The position numbers were made by a program, and so were the translations under genes. This document shows positions 39,938 through 49,669 of a DNA stretch of 53,376 bases, in pieces (position 1 is the stretch's first letter; each line of letters opens with the position of its first letter). A model generated the notes under the pieces. It did not search any database, had not been told where the DNA came from, and was given only the letters and a program-made list of their open reading frames with translations. The DNA comes from Bacilli bacterium (GTDB lineage Bacteria; Bacillota_I; Bacilli_A; RFN20; CAG-826): positions 2,413 through 55,788 of the forward strand of contig JALRKT010000005.1 in NCBI GenBank assembly GCA_023268805.1, written 5' to 3'.

Positions 39938-40468
39938 ATGTCAAAAACACTTTTAGAAACCATCATGAAACGCTCAGAAACGTTTTTTAGCGAGGAAGAA
40001 CTTCTTCCCGTATATCAAGCGTTAGAACAACAACCCGACGCACTCAAGAAGCTTGAAGCAATGGAAGTGTCTCAAGGAGAACCCGCGGTCGTTAAAATCG
40101 AAAAAGATGCTGTGACGTTTATGGACACGAGCGTCGAATCTCCCAAAGGCCGTCGAAGTTTGTGCTTTGATGAAGCCGCGTGGCATTCGCGTAAGGAATA
40201 TAAACCAAAATCATCGGTCGAAGCGATGGTTAAAAGTATGGGTGTCACTTTACTCGATGAAGAAGACACATGGTATTTACAATCACTGGTTCCGGTGGAT
40301 CAAAAAACATCAAGCTGGATCCAAACCCCGGAAGTTTTACGACAAAAAGGTGGCGCGTTATTTATGGACCGCCGTTATGATCATATCTTTGTTTACCACA
40401 ACGGGGCCGAATCCTATTACGAAGCGCGTGGTTTTCGTACTAAACTCGTGCTTCCTTTAAAGCTGTAA
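39938..40468 (+). CDS. DUF4256 family protein
   Basis: ME..QGEP, ESPKGRRSLCFD, TSSW, GGALF.DRRY..FVYHNGAESYY.ARGFR. Confidence 0.85.
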   Translation: MSKTLLETIMKRSETFFSEEELLPVYQALEQQPDALKKLEAMEVSQGEPAVVKIEKDAVTFMDTSVESPKGRRSLCFDEAAWHSRKEYKPKSSVEAMVKSMGVTLLDEEDTWYLQSLVPVDQKTSSWIQTPEVLRQKGGALFMDRRYDHIFVYHNGAESYYEARGFRTKLVLPLKL

Positions 40469-41729
40469 TGGTTTCGTTGAGTTCTGCGAAAGGAAACATG
40501 CTAAATTCCTCATCAAAGAACATTTGAAAGGCAGCTAAAGAATAACCCCCTTCAATAAATTGAGGATTTAAATCTTCCATGGTGAGTTGGGGGATAAGCG
40601 TTGGTAAATCCACGAATGCAATGGGTTCATCCGGTGGAAAAGGATAAAAGAAGAAATCACTTTTATCCGAGAAAAACAACGTGATTTGTTGGGACGAAAA
40701 ATACGATTCAAAGGTATAAACTTCTCCTGTTTGATGATTTAGCGTAAAAAGTTGAACCATGGCAGGATGTTGGTTGCCTTTCTCTTCGCGGTACGTGACA
40801 AAATAAGAATGTTCTAAAGCGATAAGATTTTCAAAATACCAATAATGGGCATTATCTTCAATCGGGCGATTATAAGCGCCAAATAAGAGGGCATCAATCG
40901 CTGCTTCAACCTGTTTGACAAGCGCTTGATCGCCACCATAAATCGTTTCTAGGGAAAGGTCGATATCATAGCGATACACAAAGGAAGGATCAAATACTTC
41001 ATAACTGAACGTGTCATCCCCTGTTTTATACATCACGTATTTGATGTTATTGTGGATAATAAGTTGCTTGTTATCTTCATTCACAGAAGCAAAATCAAGA
41101 TATTCATAGGTTTTAATGACGCGTTCGGATAAAAAATATTGGTACATGGCATCATGAAGGGCGGATGAATGAACGCCAAAATCAAAATTCATAGAATCTA
41201 AGACTTTTTCCACATATTGTTTCTTAGGTAAGGTGTTAATCTCAGCGTTGGCCCGCCACACATATTGATCCATCAAAGAGTACACCAAATTGAGCTCGAC
41301 ATTGGTCATAATGCCCCCGGTAATACTGCGTTCAGTAAGCTCGTTAACAATGGAAGGGTCATCAATAAACTCACAATCTTCTTGACCATAGCAGGATTCA
41401 AGAGGGACGGTGGGGCTTGTACGACTGACCAAAAGTAATGCGGCAAAACTTAAGACAATGGACGCGATAGAAACGCCCGCAATCCAGGTTGCAGGTTTGT
41501 TTATTCTGTGAGTGGGAGGGGTTGATTCACCATGTTGGAAATAGGAGAGCTCAACGTTAAAATACGTTGCAATTTGTTGAAGTTGTTCGAGGTTAATTTT
41601 CCGAACATCCTTTTCCCAATTACTGATGGTGGTGTGTTGGACAAAAAGAGCATTAGCAAGTTGTTTTTGTGATAATTTACGGGAAACACGTAATTGACGT
41701 AATCGTTCCCCAGGCGAGACGTGTTTCAT
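40440..41729 (-). CDS. XRE-family HTH protein with one TM helix and a large C-terminal domain
   Basis: GERLRQLR...LSQKQLA..L.V...TISNWE HTH, TM around aa 80-100, ~330-aa acidic C-terminal domain. Confidence 0.82.
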   Translation of the reverse strand: MKHVSPGERLRQLRVSRKLSQKQLANALFVQHTTISNWEKDVRKINLEQLQQIATYFNVELSYFQHGESTPPTHRINKPATWIAGVSIASIVLSFAALLLVSRTSPTVPLESCYGQEDCEFIDDPSIVNELTERSITGGIMTNVELNLVYSLMDQYVWRANAEINTLPKKQYVEKVLDSMNFDFGVHSSALHDAMYQYFLSERVIKTYEYLDFASVNEDNKQLIIHNNIKYVMYKTGDDTFSYEVFDPSFVYRYDIDLSLETIYGGDQALVKQVEAAIDALLFGAYNRPIEDNAHYWYFENLIALEHSYFVTYREEKGNQHPAMVQLFTLNHQTGEVYTFESYFSSQQITLFFSDKSDFFFYPFPPDEPIAFVDLPTLIPQLTMEDLNPQFIEGGYSLAAFQMFFDEEFSMFPFAELNETITALKEARV

Positions 41730-41750
41730 AATTCTTTACTTAAAGATGAA

Positions 41751-42410
41751 TTATCGTTGTTCGTAAGCGTCAAGTAAGAAGAGCGTGCGCGCAGTTTGAT
41801 GACGTGGCACAACCCAAATCAGTAAGATACCTAACGTGAAAAGTGATAATAAATACCAACCAAAATAACTGAGATCGAGAAGGAATAATTGCATTTTCTT
41901 TCCGCGCATTAATTCTTGGGATTTATTTAAGACATCCATCACACGAACGTCTTTATCTTGCATAAGAATGAGGGTACCTAAACTATATGCATAGCTTTTA
42001 ACAATACCAGGAACAATTAATAAGAGGGTCCATAAACCCACAAATAAACTTGTTAAAAAGGTGAGAACGGGTGCGTTGATAGGCTGTTCTTTTACCCCTT
42101 TTAATAACACATCTTCTAAATCGGGTTTTTGATCTTTGGCCACTTGAATGAAGAGATGAAGCACAGAAAAGGCAACATACGCAGATACAATAAAGATAAT
42201 GAGATTAAATAACGAATAAACCGGAGGATTTCCCGGATCTATTTCTACGGGTGGAAAGACGGTATTATCGATTGTTGGTGCAAAAATTCCGGCGACTTGG
42301 CTTAAGACCCCAGTAACAATTGAAAAAATAATCAGTGGGAGGAGGATATCCCATAAGTTTTTCTTGACGGCTTCATAGGCTTGGCGGCGATATTCTTCGT
42401 TTGATTTCAT
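41751..42410 (-). CDS. DUF975 family membrane protein
   Basis: LWTLLLIVPGIVKSYAYS, S.ELMRGKKMQLFLLDLSYFGW. Confidence 0.88.
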   Translation of the reverse strand: MKSNEEYRRQAYEAVKKNLWDILLPLIIFSIVTGVLSQVAGIFAPTIDNTVFPPVEIDPGNPPVYSLFNLIIFIVSAYVAFSVLHLFIQVAKDQKPDLEDVLLKGVKEQPINAPVLTFLTSLFVGLWTLLLIVPGIVKSYAYSLGTLILMQDKDVRVMDVLNKSQELMRGKKMQLFLLDLSYFGWYLLSLFTLGILLIWVVPRHQTARTLFLLDAYEQR

Positions 42411-42421
42411 GAAGTACTCCT

Positions 42422-42853
42422 TTAGGGCAATAATAACAAATATGATGTGAATTTTTTAAATAAATTTTTAGGCAAAGGTTCGACTTTTTTCTCTTGGGCG
42501 TTCACGTGCATCACCGTCACTTCACTTGAGGCCACGATGTGGCCACTTACATAAAGGTTACTTCCGATGATTAAACTATTGGCGTTGATCCGTAGAATCC
42601 CCACGCCAATATCGACAGTATCGGGCCAATGTATTTCTCCTAACAGTTCCATGGTAATTTTGACAACGACAAATGTTGAATGACCTTCTAAGAGGGTTTG
42701 GTTGGGTTCATAAAGTAAGCGAACGCGTCCGGTTTCAAAATAGGTACCAAACACCGTGTTATTCACATGACCTTGTCGGTCGGTATCACGGTAGCGAACG
42801 TGCTCTTGTGTTTGAAAGGGAAAGCTAGATAAAGGTAGGTTTTTTAATCGCAT
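42422..42853 (-). CDS. Acyl-CoA thioesterase (hot-dog fold, 4HBT/FadM-like)
   Basis: VRYRDTDRQGHVNN..F..YFETGR; SD GAGGT before ATG 42853. Confidence 0.88.
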   Translation of the reverse strand: MRLKNLPLSSFPFQTQEHVRYRDTDRQGHVNNTVFGTYFETGRVRLLYEPNQTLLEGHSTFVVVKITMELLGEIHWPDTVDIGVGILRINANSLIIGSNLYVSGHIVASSEVTVMHVNAQEKKVEPLPKNLFKKFTSYLLLLP

Positions 42854-42921
42854 CGTTACCTCAAGTCTCATCATAGCAAAAGCTGTCGCTTTTGTTTAAA
42901 ATAAAACGCGAGGTATCAATC

Positions 42922-43320
42922 ATGAAACAAGACACGATTCAACTTGAATTTGCCAATACATTTGTCGGATCAGCTACGTCGCCATCCGGGCGTGTAGTTA
43001 TTGGTCAACAACCCGATGGGATGGCACCTTACCATCTTTTATTTTCTGCCCTGGGATCGTGTTTTTATGCAACCTTTTTAAGTGTTGCAAATAAAAAGCG
43101 TCTTCAATTTACTCGCGCCAACATTGTCATCAATGGTGTCAAACGAGATGCGGTACCGGCCACCCTCCAAGAAGTGGTGATGGATTTCACCATTGTCGGA
43201 GGAACGGATGAAGATGGTTTACGCCAATCCGCAGAATTAGGAGCAAAATACTGCTCTATTCACGAAACCATTTCTCAAGTTGCAGATGTTAAATTGAACG
43301 TTACGTTTGTTCGTGAATAA
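42922..43320 (+). CDS. OsmC/YhfA family protein
   Basis: APYHLLFSALGSC and KYCSI conserved cysteines; SD GAGGT before ATG 42922. Confidence 0.88.
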   Translation: MKQDTIQLEFANTFVGSATSPSGRVVIGQQPDGMAPYHLLFSALGSCFYATFLSVANKKRLQFTRANIVINGVKRDAVPATLQEVVMDFTIVGGTDEDGLRQSAELGAKYCSIHETISQVADVKLNVTFVRE

Positions 43321-44623
43321 ACGATTACCGCCACTTTTTCTTCAACGTATTCGTCACGAATTACCCTCGTTGTACGAGCATTATCTTCAACGATCCGATC
43401 GACCCCCATGGAAGGGGTTAAGAACGAATCCTCAAAAACCACTTCCCCCTTCTTTTTTAACCTCTTTAAAACCAATTCCTTGGTCACCCGTTGGGTTCTA
43501 TGTGGAAGAAAAATTGGGCCATCATCCCTTTCATCATGCGGGAATGTTTTATCTTCAAGAACCCTCCGCGATGGCGGTGGTTGAAACGATGCACATTCAA
43601 CCTGAAGACTGGGTGCTTGATGTTGCCGCGGCTCCCGGGGGAAAATCCACGCATATCGCAGGATACCTATCTTCCCATGGATTTCTATGGAGTCATGATA
43701 AAGACAGGCAACGGGCGACCCAACTCATGTTTAATTTAGAACGCATGGGTTTTTATCACGGGCTTGTAACAACCGGCGATATCGATGCCTTAATAGGCTC
43801 GATGCCAAGCTTTCATAAAATACTTTTAGATGCGCCATGTTCGGGTGAAGGTATGTTTCTCAAAGAGGAAAAAGCCATGGATCAATGGTCACCCGAACTC
43901 GTCTTAGCATGTGCTCGAGTCCAAAAAGAATTGCTGGAAAACGTGGCTCCGCTTTTGCTTGAAGGTGGAGAACTTACTTATTCTACCTGTACGTTCTCAC
44001 GCGAAGAAAACGAATTACAAATTCTTGATTTTTTAAAGAGACATCACGACTTTGAACTCGCACCAAGGACGTATCCCGACGCCTTTGATACAACTTCAAC
44101 GCAAGGCGTAGGCGCGCGCTTACTTCCTTCAGAATTGGAGGGCGAGGGTCATTATGTCGTGACCTTGCGAAAAAAGGGTACCGCAATTTTACCTGTTAGA
44201 AAAATTGCCCATTCTTCCATACCCCCCACCTTCCAACAATTTATGAAAACGCATCGTGTAGGGATTCCGGAGGGAGGTCATTACATTCAACTCCAAGAAC
44301 GGCTTTATTGGGCTCACCATACGTTTAATTTGTCCCCAAGACAATGTCTTAATCCGGGATTGTACGTCGGTAACATCAAAGAGTATGGTTTCATTCCGAG
44401 TCACGCCTTATCGCACGCGAATCATCTTGAATTACCCCGTGTCGAATTATCATGGGATGATCCGCGTGTGAAACGCTATTTAAAAGGGGAAACTTTTTCA
44501 TTCGATCAAAAGGATGGGTGGTACGTCTTCAGTGTTGAGGGACAAGGACTGGGGTGGATAAAAATGGTGAAAGGCCTTGCCAAAAATCATTTTCCAAAAG
44601 GATTAAGAATCCTACACGATTGA
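43307..44623 (+). CDS. rsmF: RsmF/RsmB (NOL1/NOP2/Sun) rRNA cytosine-C5 methyltransferase
   Basis: YLQEPSAM, DVAAAPGGKST, DAPCSGEGMF, YSTCTF, C-terminal KNHFPKGLR; start uncertain by a few codons. Confidence 0.88.
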   Translation: MFVNKRLPPLFLQRIRHELPSLYEHYLQRSDRPPWKGLRTNPQKPLPPSFLTSLKPIPWSPVGFYVEEKLGHHPFHHAGMFYLQEPSAMAVVETMHIQPEDWVLDVAAAPGGKSTHIAGYLSSHGFLWSHDKDRQRATQLMFNLERMGFYHGLVTTGDIDALIGSMPSFHKILLDAPCSGEGMFLKEEKAMDQWSPELVLACARVQKELLENVAPLLLEGGELTYSTCTFSREENELQILDFLKRHHDFELAPRTYPDAFDTTSTQGVGARLLPSELEGEGHYVVTLRKKGTAILPVRKIAHSSIPPTFQQFMKTHRVGIPEGGHYIQLQERLYWAHHTFNLSPRQCLNPGLYVGNIKEYGFIPSHALSHANHLELPRVELSWDDPRVKRYLKGETFSFDQKDGWYVFSVEGQGLGWIKMVKGLAKNHFPKGLRILHD

Positions 44624-44649
44624 GAAAAAAATTCAAGTATACTTAACCT

Positions 44650-45996
44650 ATGAACATTTACGAACAGTATCTTGCATTGCAAGCCAAAAAAACCACCGCG
44701 CTTTCCTTATTAAATGATGCGGTAGAGCGTTATCACAAGACAAAAGAAAAAAACCCAATCGGTGTTTTATCCCCTTGGGCTAAAAATCAAGCACGCAAGG
44801 CCGATCACGAACGACAAAAAGGGTTTTATCGCGGCCTTTTGCAAGGAATTCCATGCGTCATTAAAGACAATATTATGTATGCCGATGGAACACCCACCAC
44901 GGCTAATAGTTATGCCTTAAAAGATTTTATTCCTCAACACAATGCACCAATTGTGGAGCGGTTACTCTCCGCCGGGGCTGTGATTATGGGGAAAGCCAAT
45001 CTATCTGAATTTGCCTATTTTATGGGGGATGAAAAAATGCCCTCAGGGTATGGTTCAATGTATGGCCAGGTCAAACATCCCACCGATGAAACCATCGATC
45101 CCTATGGTTCAAGTACGGGTTCTGCAGTGGCAGTCGCGTTGGGTGTTGTACCATTTGCGATTGGAACAGAAACGAATGGATCGCTCATGGCACCCGCTCA
45201 TCAATGTCAAATTGTTGCTTTAAAGCCGACGCACGGGATTGTTTCTGCAGAAGGCATTATTCCTATTTCACCTACCCAAGATACCGCAGGTCCTATGGCG
45301 AATACGGTCTTTGATTGTGCTGCGGTGATGGACGTTCTTGTCGATGATCATCAGAAACCAAAACCCGGTTTTTCTTATGTAGATGACCTAAAATCGATGA
45401 AGAAAAAACCTCGAATCGGTATGCTTGAACTTACCAATTATCCTTATTCAGAGATTGAAAAGAAGCATTTAGAAGACGTTAAATCGAGAATGAACGCCTT
45501 AGGATGGGACATCCAATCGCTTTCCATAACGTATCCTCCCTTGGAAAATTTTGAAACATTAAAGCGTGAATTTAAAGTCTCGTTAAATGATTTCCTTAGC
45601 AAGCATGCGGGTGAAGGCGCACCCAAGGATTTAGCGGCAATCATCGCCTTTAACGAAGCAAACCAAGAACGATGCCTTCGCTATGGTCAAAAAACGCTGC
45701 TAGATAGTCAAGAAAAACCCGATCAATTGGATGTAGAATTCTTTCGATTAAAAAATGAATTAATGCAAGAAGCATCTCAATTAGATACGCTTCTTTATAC
45801 CCATCAACTCGATGCCATGGTGACCCTAGGATGGTTAAGCTTTGCTCCTATTTTTGGGAATCCTAGTTTGTGTACACCCGAAGGTTGGCTTGAAGGTCAA
45901 CCGAAAGGGTTAGTATGGGTGGGCAAAAAACACGACGATGGAACGTTACTACAACTCGGTCATGCATATTATGATCAAAGTAAGTTGTCTTCTTAA
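44650..45996 (+). CDS. Amidase signature family protein
   Basis: IKDN, GKANLSEFA, GSSTGSAVAV, GTETNGS, KPT.G.VS..GIIPIS..QDTAGP. Confidence 0.92.
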   Translation: MNIYEQYLALQAKKTTALSLLNDAVERYHKTKEKNPIGVLSPWAKNQARKADHERQKGFYRGLLQGIPCVIKDNIMYADGTPTTANSYALKDFIPQHNAPIVERLLSAGAVIMGKANLSEFAYFMGDEKMPSGYGSMYGQVKHPTDETIDPYGSSTGSAVAVALGVVPFAIGTETNGSLMAPAHQCQIVALKPTHGIVSAEGIIPISPTQDTAGPMANTVFDCAAVMDVLVDDHQKPKPGFSYVDDLKSMKKKPRIGMLELTNYPYSEIEKKHLEDVKSRMNALGWDIQSLSITYPPLENFETLKREFKVSLNDFLSKHAGEGAPKDLAAIIAFNEANQERCLRYGQKTLLDSQEKPDQLDVEFFRLKNELMQEASQLDTLLYTHQLDAMVTLGWLSFAPIFGNPSLCTPEGWLEGQPKGLVWVGKKHDDGTLLQLGHAYYDQSKLSS

Positions 45997-46029
45997 CAGA
46001 ACCTGTTGAAATCTTTTACAATAGAAGAG

Positions 46030-47070
46030 ATGGATAAAAATCTTTTAACGACCATTCCTACACGTTGGGTAGGACCCTTATTATTCCAATCCATGATGTC
46101 ACTTGGTAAAGCGGACTCGTTTCTTTCAAGCGATGTGGTTTTAGCTACTTTTGAAACAACCCTCTTTTTTTCGGTTTCACGAGGGATGCGTGCGATTGCG
46201 CAAGCAGGGGGCCTTACCTCGTCCCTCATTAAAGATACGATGGTTCGTTCTGTCACGTTAGAGGTTGATTCGGTTGCTCTTGGACAAACGGTTTTATCGA
46301 CGTTGAAGCAAGAAATTGACGTCCTTCAAAAAACGATTGTCGAACCGCGAAGTCGTTTTGCCCAACTTCAAGGCATTTCGGGTTATTTTGTTGCCAATTT
46401 GTTTTATTTACGAATTGAAATCTTCGCTAATAATGCCTCAGGACATAATATGGTGACGCTTATTGCCGATGCAATCTTAGATCATGTCCTGCAACGTTTC
46501 CCAGGGACGCGTTATGTTTCAGTTTCCGGGAATATGTGTGTTGATAAAAAGGTCAGTGTCATTAATGCCTTAGAAGGAAGGGGGAAACACGTGATTAGTG
46601 AAGTTTACCTTCCTCGAGATATCGTTGAAAAAACGTTGAAAACCACCCCGGAAAAAATCGTTGAACTAAACGTAAAGAAAAATATGTTGGGGTCCATCAT
46701 GGCAGGATCGGTTCATAGTGCCAACGCTCACTTCGCGAATATGCTCCTTGCAGCTTATTTGGCGACGGGGCAAGATGCAGCGAATATCGTGGAAGGATCT
46801 CAAGGCATTACCTTTGCCGAGATTCGTAACGATGGGTTATATTTTTCAGTGAACATTCCCAATATTATTGTGGGAACTGTCGGACACGGAAAACACGATG
46901 AAGCCATCGTGGCGCGGTTTGAAAAGATGCATTGTCTTGGTGAAGGAGGGGCGCAGCGTTATGCCCATCTTGTTGCCGGTACGGTTTTAGCCGGGGAATT
47001 GTCATTAATGGCCGCGCTTACCAACCCCCACGAGCTCGTCAAAGCGCACGTTGCCATCGAAAGAAAATAA
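46030..47070 (+). CDS. Class I HMG-CoA reductase, short Streptomyces-type (start ATG 46030)
   Basis: RWVGP, LATFET, NASGHNM, SGNMCVDKK, GRGK, ANAHFAN, ATGQDAANIVEGSQG, GELSL, C-terminal AH. Confidence 0.92.
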   Translation: MDKNLLTTIPTRWVGPLLFQSMMSLGKADSFLSSDVVLATFETTLFFSVSRGMRAIAQAGGLTSSLIKDTMVRSVTLEVDSVALGQTVLSTLKQEIDVLQKTIVEPRSRFAQLQGISGYFVANLFYLRIEIFANNASGHNMVTLIADAILDHVLQRFPGTRYVSVSGNMCVDKKVSVINALEGRGKHVISEVYLPRDIVEKTLKTTPEKIVELNVKKNMLGSIMAGSVHSANAHFANMLLAAYLATGQDAANIVEGSQGITFAEIRNDGLYFSVNIPNIIVGTVGHGKHDEAIVARFEKMHCLGEGGAQRYAHLVAGTVLAGELSLMAALTNPHELVKAHVAIERK

Positions 47071-47071
47071 T

Positions 47072-48205
47072 ATGGAAAAAACACGAAACATTGGAATTGA
47101 TCGCATTCATTTTTATGCCCCCAAAATGTATTTAGATTTGGAAGATTTAGCCACCGTTCGCAATACGGATGTGAATAAATTTAAAATCGGTATTGGCCAA
47201 GAAAAAATGGCGATTATTTCACCTAATGAAGATATTGTCACGATGGCGGCAGAAGCAGCATTTCCCATCCTTCAAGGGCAAGAAAATGACATTGGACTTT
47301 TACTTTTTGCAACCGAATCCGGCATTGATTACTCCAAAGCCGCAGGAATTTATTTGCATACATTATTAGGTCTTAATTCTCACTGTCGTGTTTTAGAAGT
47401 CAAACAAGCATGCTACGCCGCTACAGGTGCACTTCAACTTGCGAAAGATTATGTTTTGGCCAATCCTCACAAAAAAGCTTTAGTCGTTTCAAGCGATGTT
47501 GCCTGGTACGGATTTGAAACCCCGGGAGAAGTCACGCAAGGGGCAGGTGCTATCGCGATGATCGTGAGTCAAAACCCCACCCTTGGAATCGTTTCTGAAG
47601 GGGTACCGATTGTGCAAAACATTGAAGATTTTTATCGACCCTCTTTTCATGAAGTACCCATTGTGGACGGTAAATTATCGATTCGTAGCTATCGTGACTT
47701 ATTGAAAGCAGTTCGACCAGAAAAAGCGTTTGAGTTCATGTGTTTTCATATGCCATTCGCGGTCATGAGTGATAAAGCGAGTGAGGTATTAACTCATCCA
47801 TTATCATCGGAAGTTTTAGCCTACGCGAAAGCCTTTAATAAAGAAATCGGAAACATTTATAATGGATCCCTTTTCTTATCCTTATTATCGTTATTATCGT
47901 ATGCTCCTCCTTCCCGATTAAACCAACAAACGATTGGTATGTTTTCGTATGGATCGGGGGCCATTGGTGAGTTCTTCACGATTACGTTGCAACCTAATTA
48001 TCAAAAGGGGTTTGATCAAAACAAGCTTCTTAAGGATTTTGCACAACGAAAACGCATTGATTTTCAGACATACCATCAGATGATGGAAATCTATCGTCAC
48101 CGAGAATCTTCCCTTGAATTTACGCCCGATTTTTCTGCTGACAATCAACAAATTTTTGTCCTCGAATCCATTCATCAAGGGCACCGTCTCTATAAAAAAC
48201 GTTAA
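47072..48205 (+). CDS. mvaS: HMG-CoA synthase (start ATG 47072)
   Basis: IGIGQ, EDIVTMAA, ATESGID.SKA, KQACYAATGA catalytic Cys, GEVTQGAGA, HMPF, GNIYNGSL, FSYGSG. Confidence 0.93.
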   Translation: MEKTRNIGIDRIHFYAPKMYLDLEDLATVRNTDVNKFKIGIGQEKMAIISPNEDIVTMAAEAAFPILQGQENDIGLLLFATESGIDYSKAAGIYLHTLLGLNSHCRVLEVKQACYAATGALQLAKDYVLANPHKKALVVSSDVAWYGFETPGEVTQGAGAIAMIVSQNPTLGIVSEGVPIVQNIEDFYRPSFHEVPIVDGKLSIRSYRDLLKAVRPEKAFEFMCFHMPFAVMSDKASEVLTHPLSSEVLAYAKAFNKEIGNIYNGSLFLSLLSLLSYAPPSRLNQQTIGMFSYGSGAIGEFFTITLQPNYQKGFDQNKLLKDFAQRKRIDFQTYHQMMEIYRHRESSLEFTPDFSADNQQIFVLESIHQGHRLYKKR

Positions 48206-48208
48206 GTT

Positions 48209-48883
48209 ATGAAAAAATATGCTATTTACGATTTTGATGGAACCCTTTTATTAAAACAAACTGTTCCTCATTTGTTGAAGACGTGGAAGCATCGTCGCAT
48301 TGGATTACAAACCTATCAACGTATTTATCGTTGGATGATTCGGCGTTATTTGATGTATAAATCAAAGTTGTTTGGTCTTGATCAAAAAACGTTTCGCTTA
48401 CAGGCGATGCAACGGCTAGTGGAATTATTTCAGCTAGTTAGCCTCGAAGAATTGGGTCGTTTTTTCGATGAGGCGTATGATCGTGCGAAGCCATTTATCA
48501 ACAAGAATGTCATTAAAGCACTCAAGAAAGATAAGAAATTAGGCTATACAACTGTATTATTATCGGGAAACTATGATGTTTTTTTAGAGCGATTTCGCCA
48601 CCTTGGGTTTGATGAAATTATTGGTACGAGTCTCTATGATGTTCAAGGCCAACTTATTAAGCACCCCAAAATCATCATTGGGGATGAAAAAATCAATCAA
48701 TTAGAACAACGATTGCCGGAACTAGATTGGTTCCATACAAAAGGTTACGCGGATGCATATTATGACCTACCAATTTTATCGAAAGTCGCACAACCAATCT
48801 GCGTTTTCCCCGACAGAAAATTACTCAAGCACGCCAAACGTAAGGGATGGACTGTTTTGGGAAGGAAAGTAAAAAAAGAATGA
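48209..48883 (+). CDS. HAD-IB family phosphatase
   Basis: YDFDGTL, LLSG, GDEK, YADAYYDLP.L. Confidence 0.85.
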   Translation: MKKYAIYDFDGTLLLKQTVPHLLKTWKHRRIGLQTYQRIYRWMIRRYLMYKSKLFGLDQKTFRLQAMQRLVELFQLVSLEELGRFFDEAYDRAKPFINKNVIKALKKDKKLGYTTVLLSGNYDVFLERFRHLGFDEIIGTSLYDVQGQLIKHPKIIIGDEKINQLEQRLPELDWFHTKGYADAYYDLPILSKVAQPICVFPDRKLLKHAKRKGWTVLGRKVKKE

Positions 48884-49629
48884 AACGAGAAGAAGCAGCA
48901 CTTTTATTAAAACCCTTTTTAGAAACGCTTGAGTCGGTTGTTGCAGTTTGGGAAGCAGGTAGTCAAGCAACCGGACGAGTCGATGCCTATTCAGACCTTG
49001 ATTTGTTGATTATTACTCAAGATGAAGAAGTGGAAAAAACGCTACAAAAAACATATGAATTTTTAAAAAAGCACCTTTCTATTCGTCATTATATTCGTGC
49101 GCCAGAACCCACATGGCATGGTTTTTCTCAGTTCTTTGTCATCCCGGATGACCAAGATCTTTTTTACTTTGATTTGAGTTTTACTAAAGTGAGTCAACCC
49201 GATAAGTTTACCGATGTTGAACGACATGGAAAAGCAACAATCTGGTTTGAAAAAACACCTCTCTACTCCCCTACATCCTTTGAAAACGAGGAGAAAGAAA
49301 AAATGCTCGTTCGAATTAAACAATCTGCCTTACTCTATGCACCAATTATTGAAAGAGAAACACGCAAGGCGTGTAAACGAGATAGTTTTATGGATGCGAT
49401 GAGTATGTATCACACCTATTTAACACGTTTTCTTGTCCCTTTTATTAATCTTTTGTATCGGCCTAATAAAGCAGATTTTGGCGTTCGTTACTTAAAAAAT
49501 GATATTCCCTATGATGTTTACCTAAAAATTTCGACATTGTTTATCGCCCCGTCTTGCAATGTGATATCCGAGAAAATTAACGAAGCAGTTCGTTGGTACG
49601 AGGAGTTAAAAACCCTTTTAAATCAATAA
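48880..49629 (+). CDS. Nucleotidyltransferase (DNA pol beta superfamily) domain protein
   Basis: WEAGSQATGRVDAYSDLDL (GS...DxD); ATGA overlap with the HAD gene. Confidence 0.85.
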   Translation: MKREEAALLLKPFLETLESVVAVWEAGSQATGRVDAYSDLDLLIITQDEEVEKTLQKTYEFLKKHLSIRHYIRAPEPTWHGFSQFFVIPDDQDLFYFDLSFTKVSQPDKFTDVERHGKATIWFEKTPLYSPTSFENEEKEKMLVRIKQSALLYAPIIERETRKACKRDSFMDAMSMYHTYLTRFLVPFINLLYRPNKADFGVRYLKNDIPYDVYLKISTLFIAPSCNVISEKINEAVRWYEELKTLLNQ

Positions 49630-49669
49630 TCTATCGCGATATTGATTTATTTTCGTTACAATGTCGAAG

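Noticed and set aside
39695-40468. YwqK-like gene plus DUF4256 as a toxin-antitoxin pair
   Set aside because: The YwqK label only reflects MORN-variant repeats, and the neighbour shows no toxin motif
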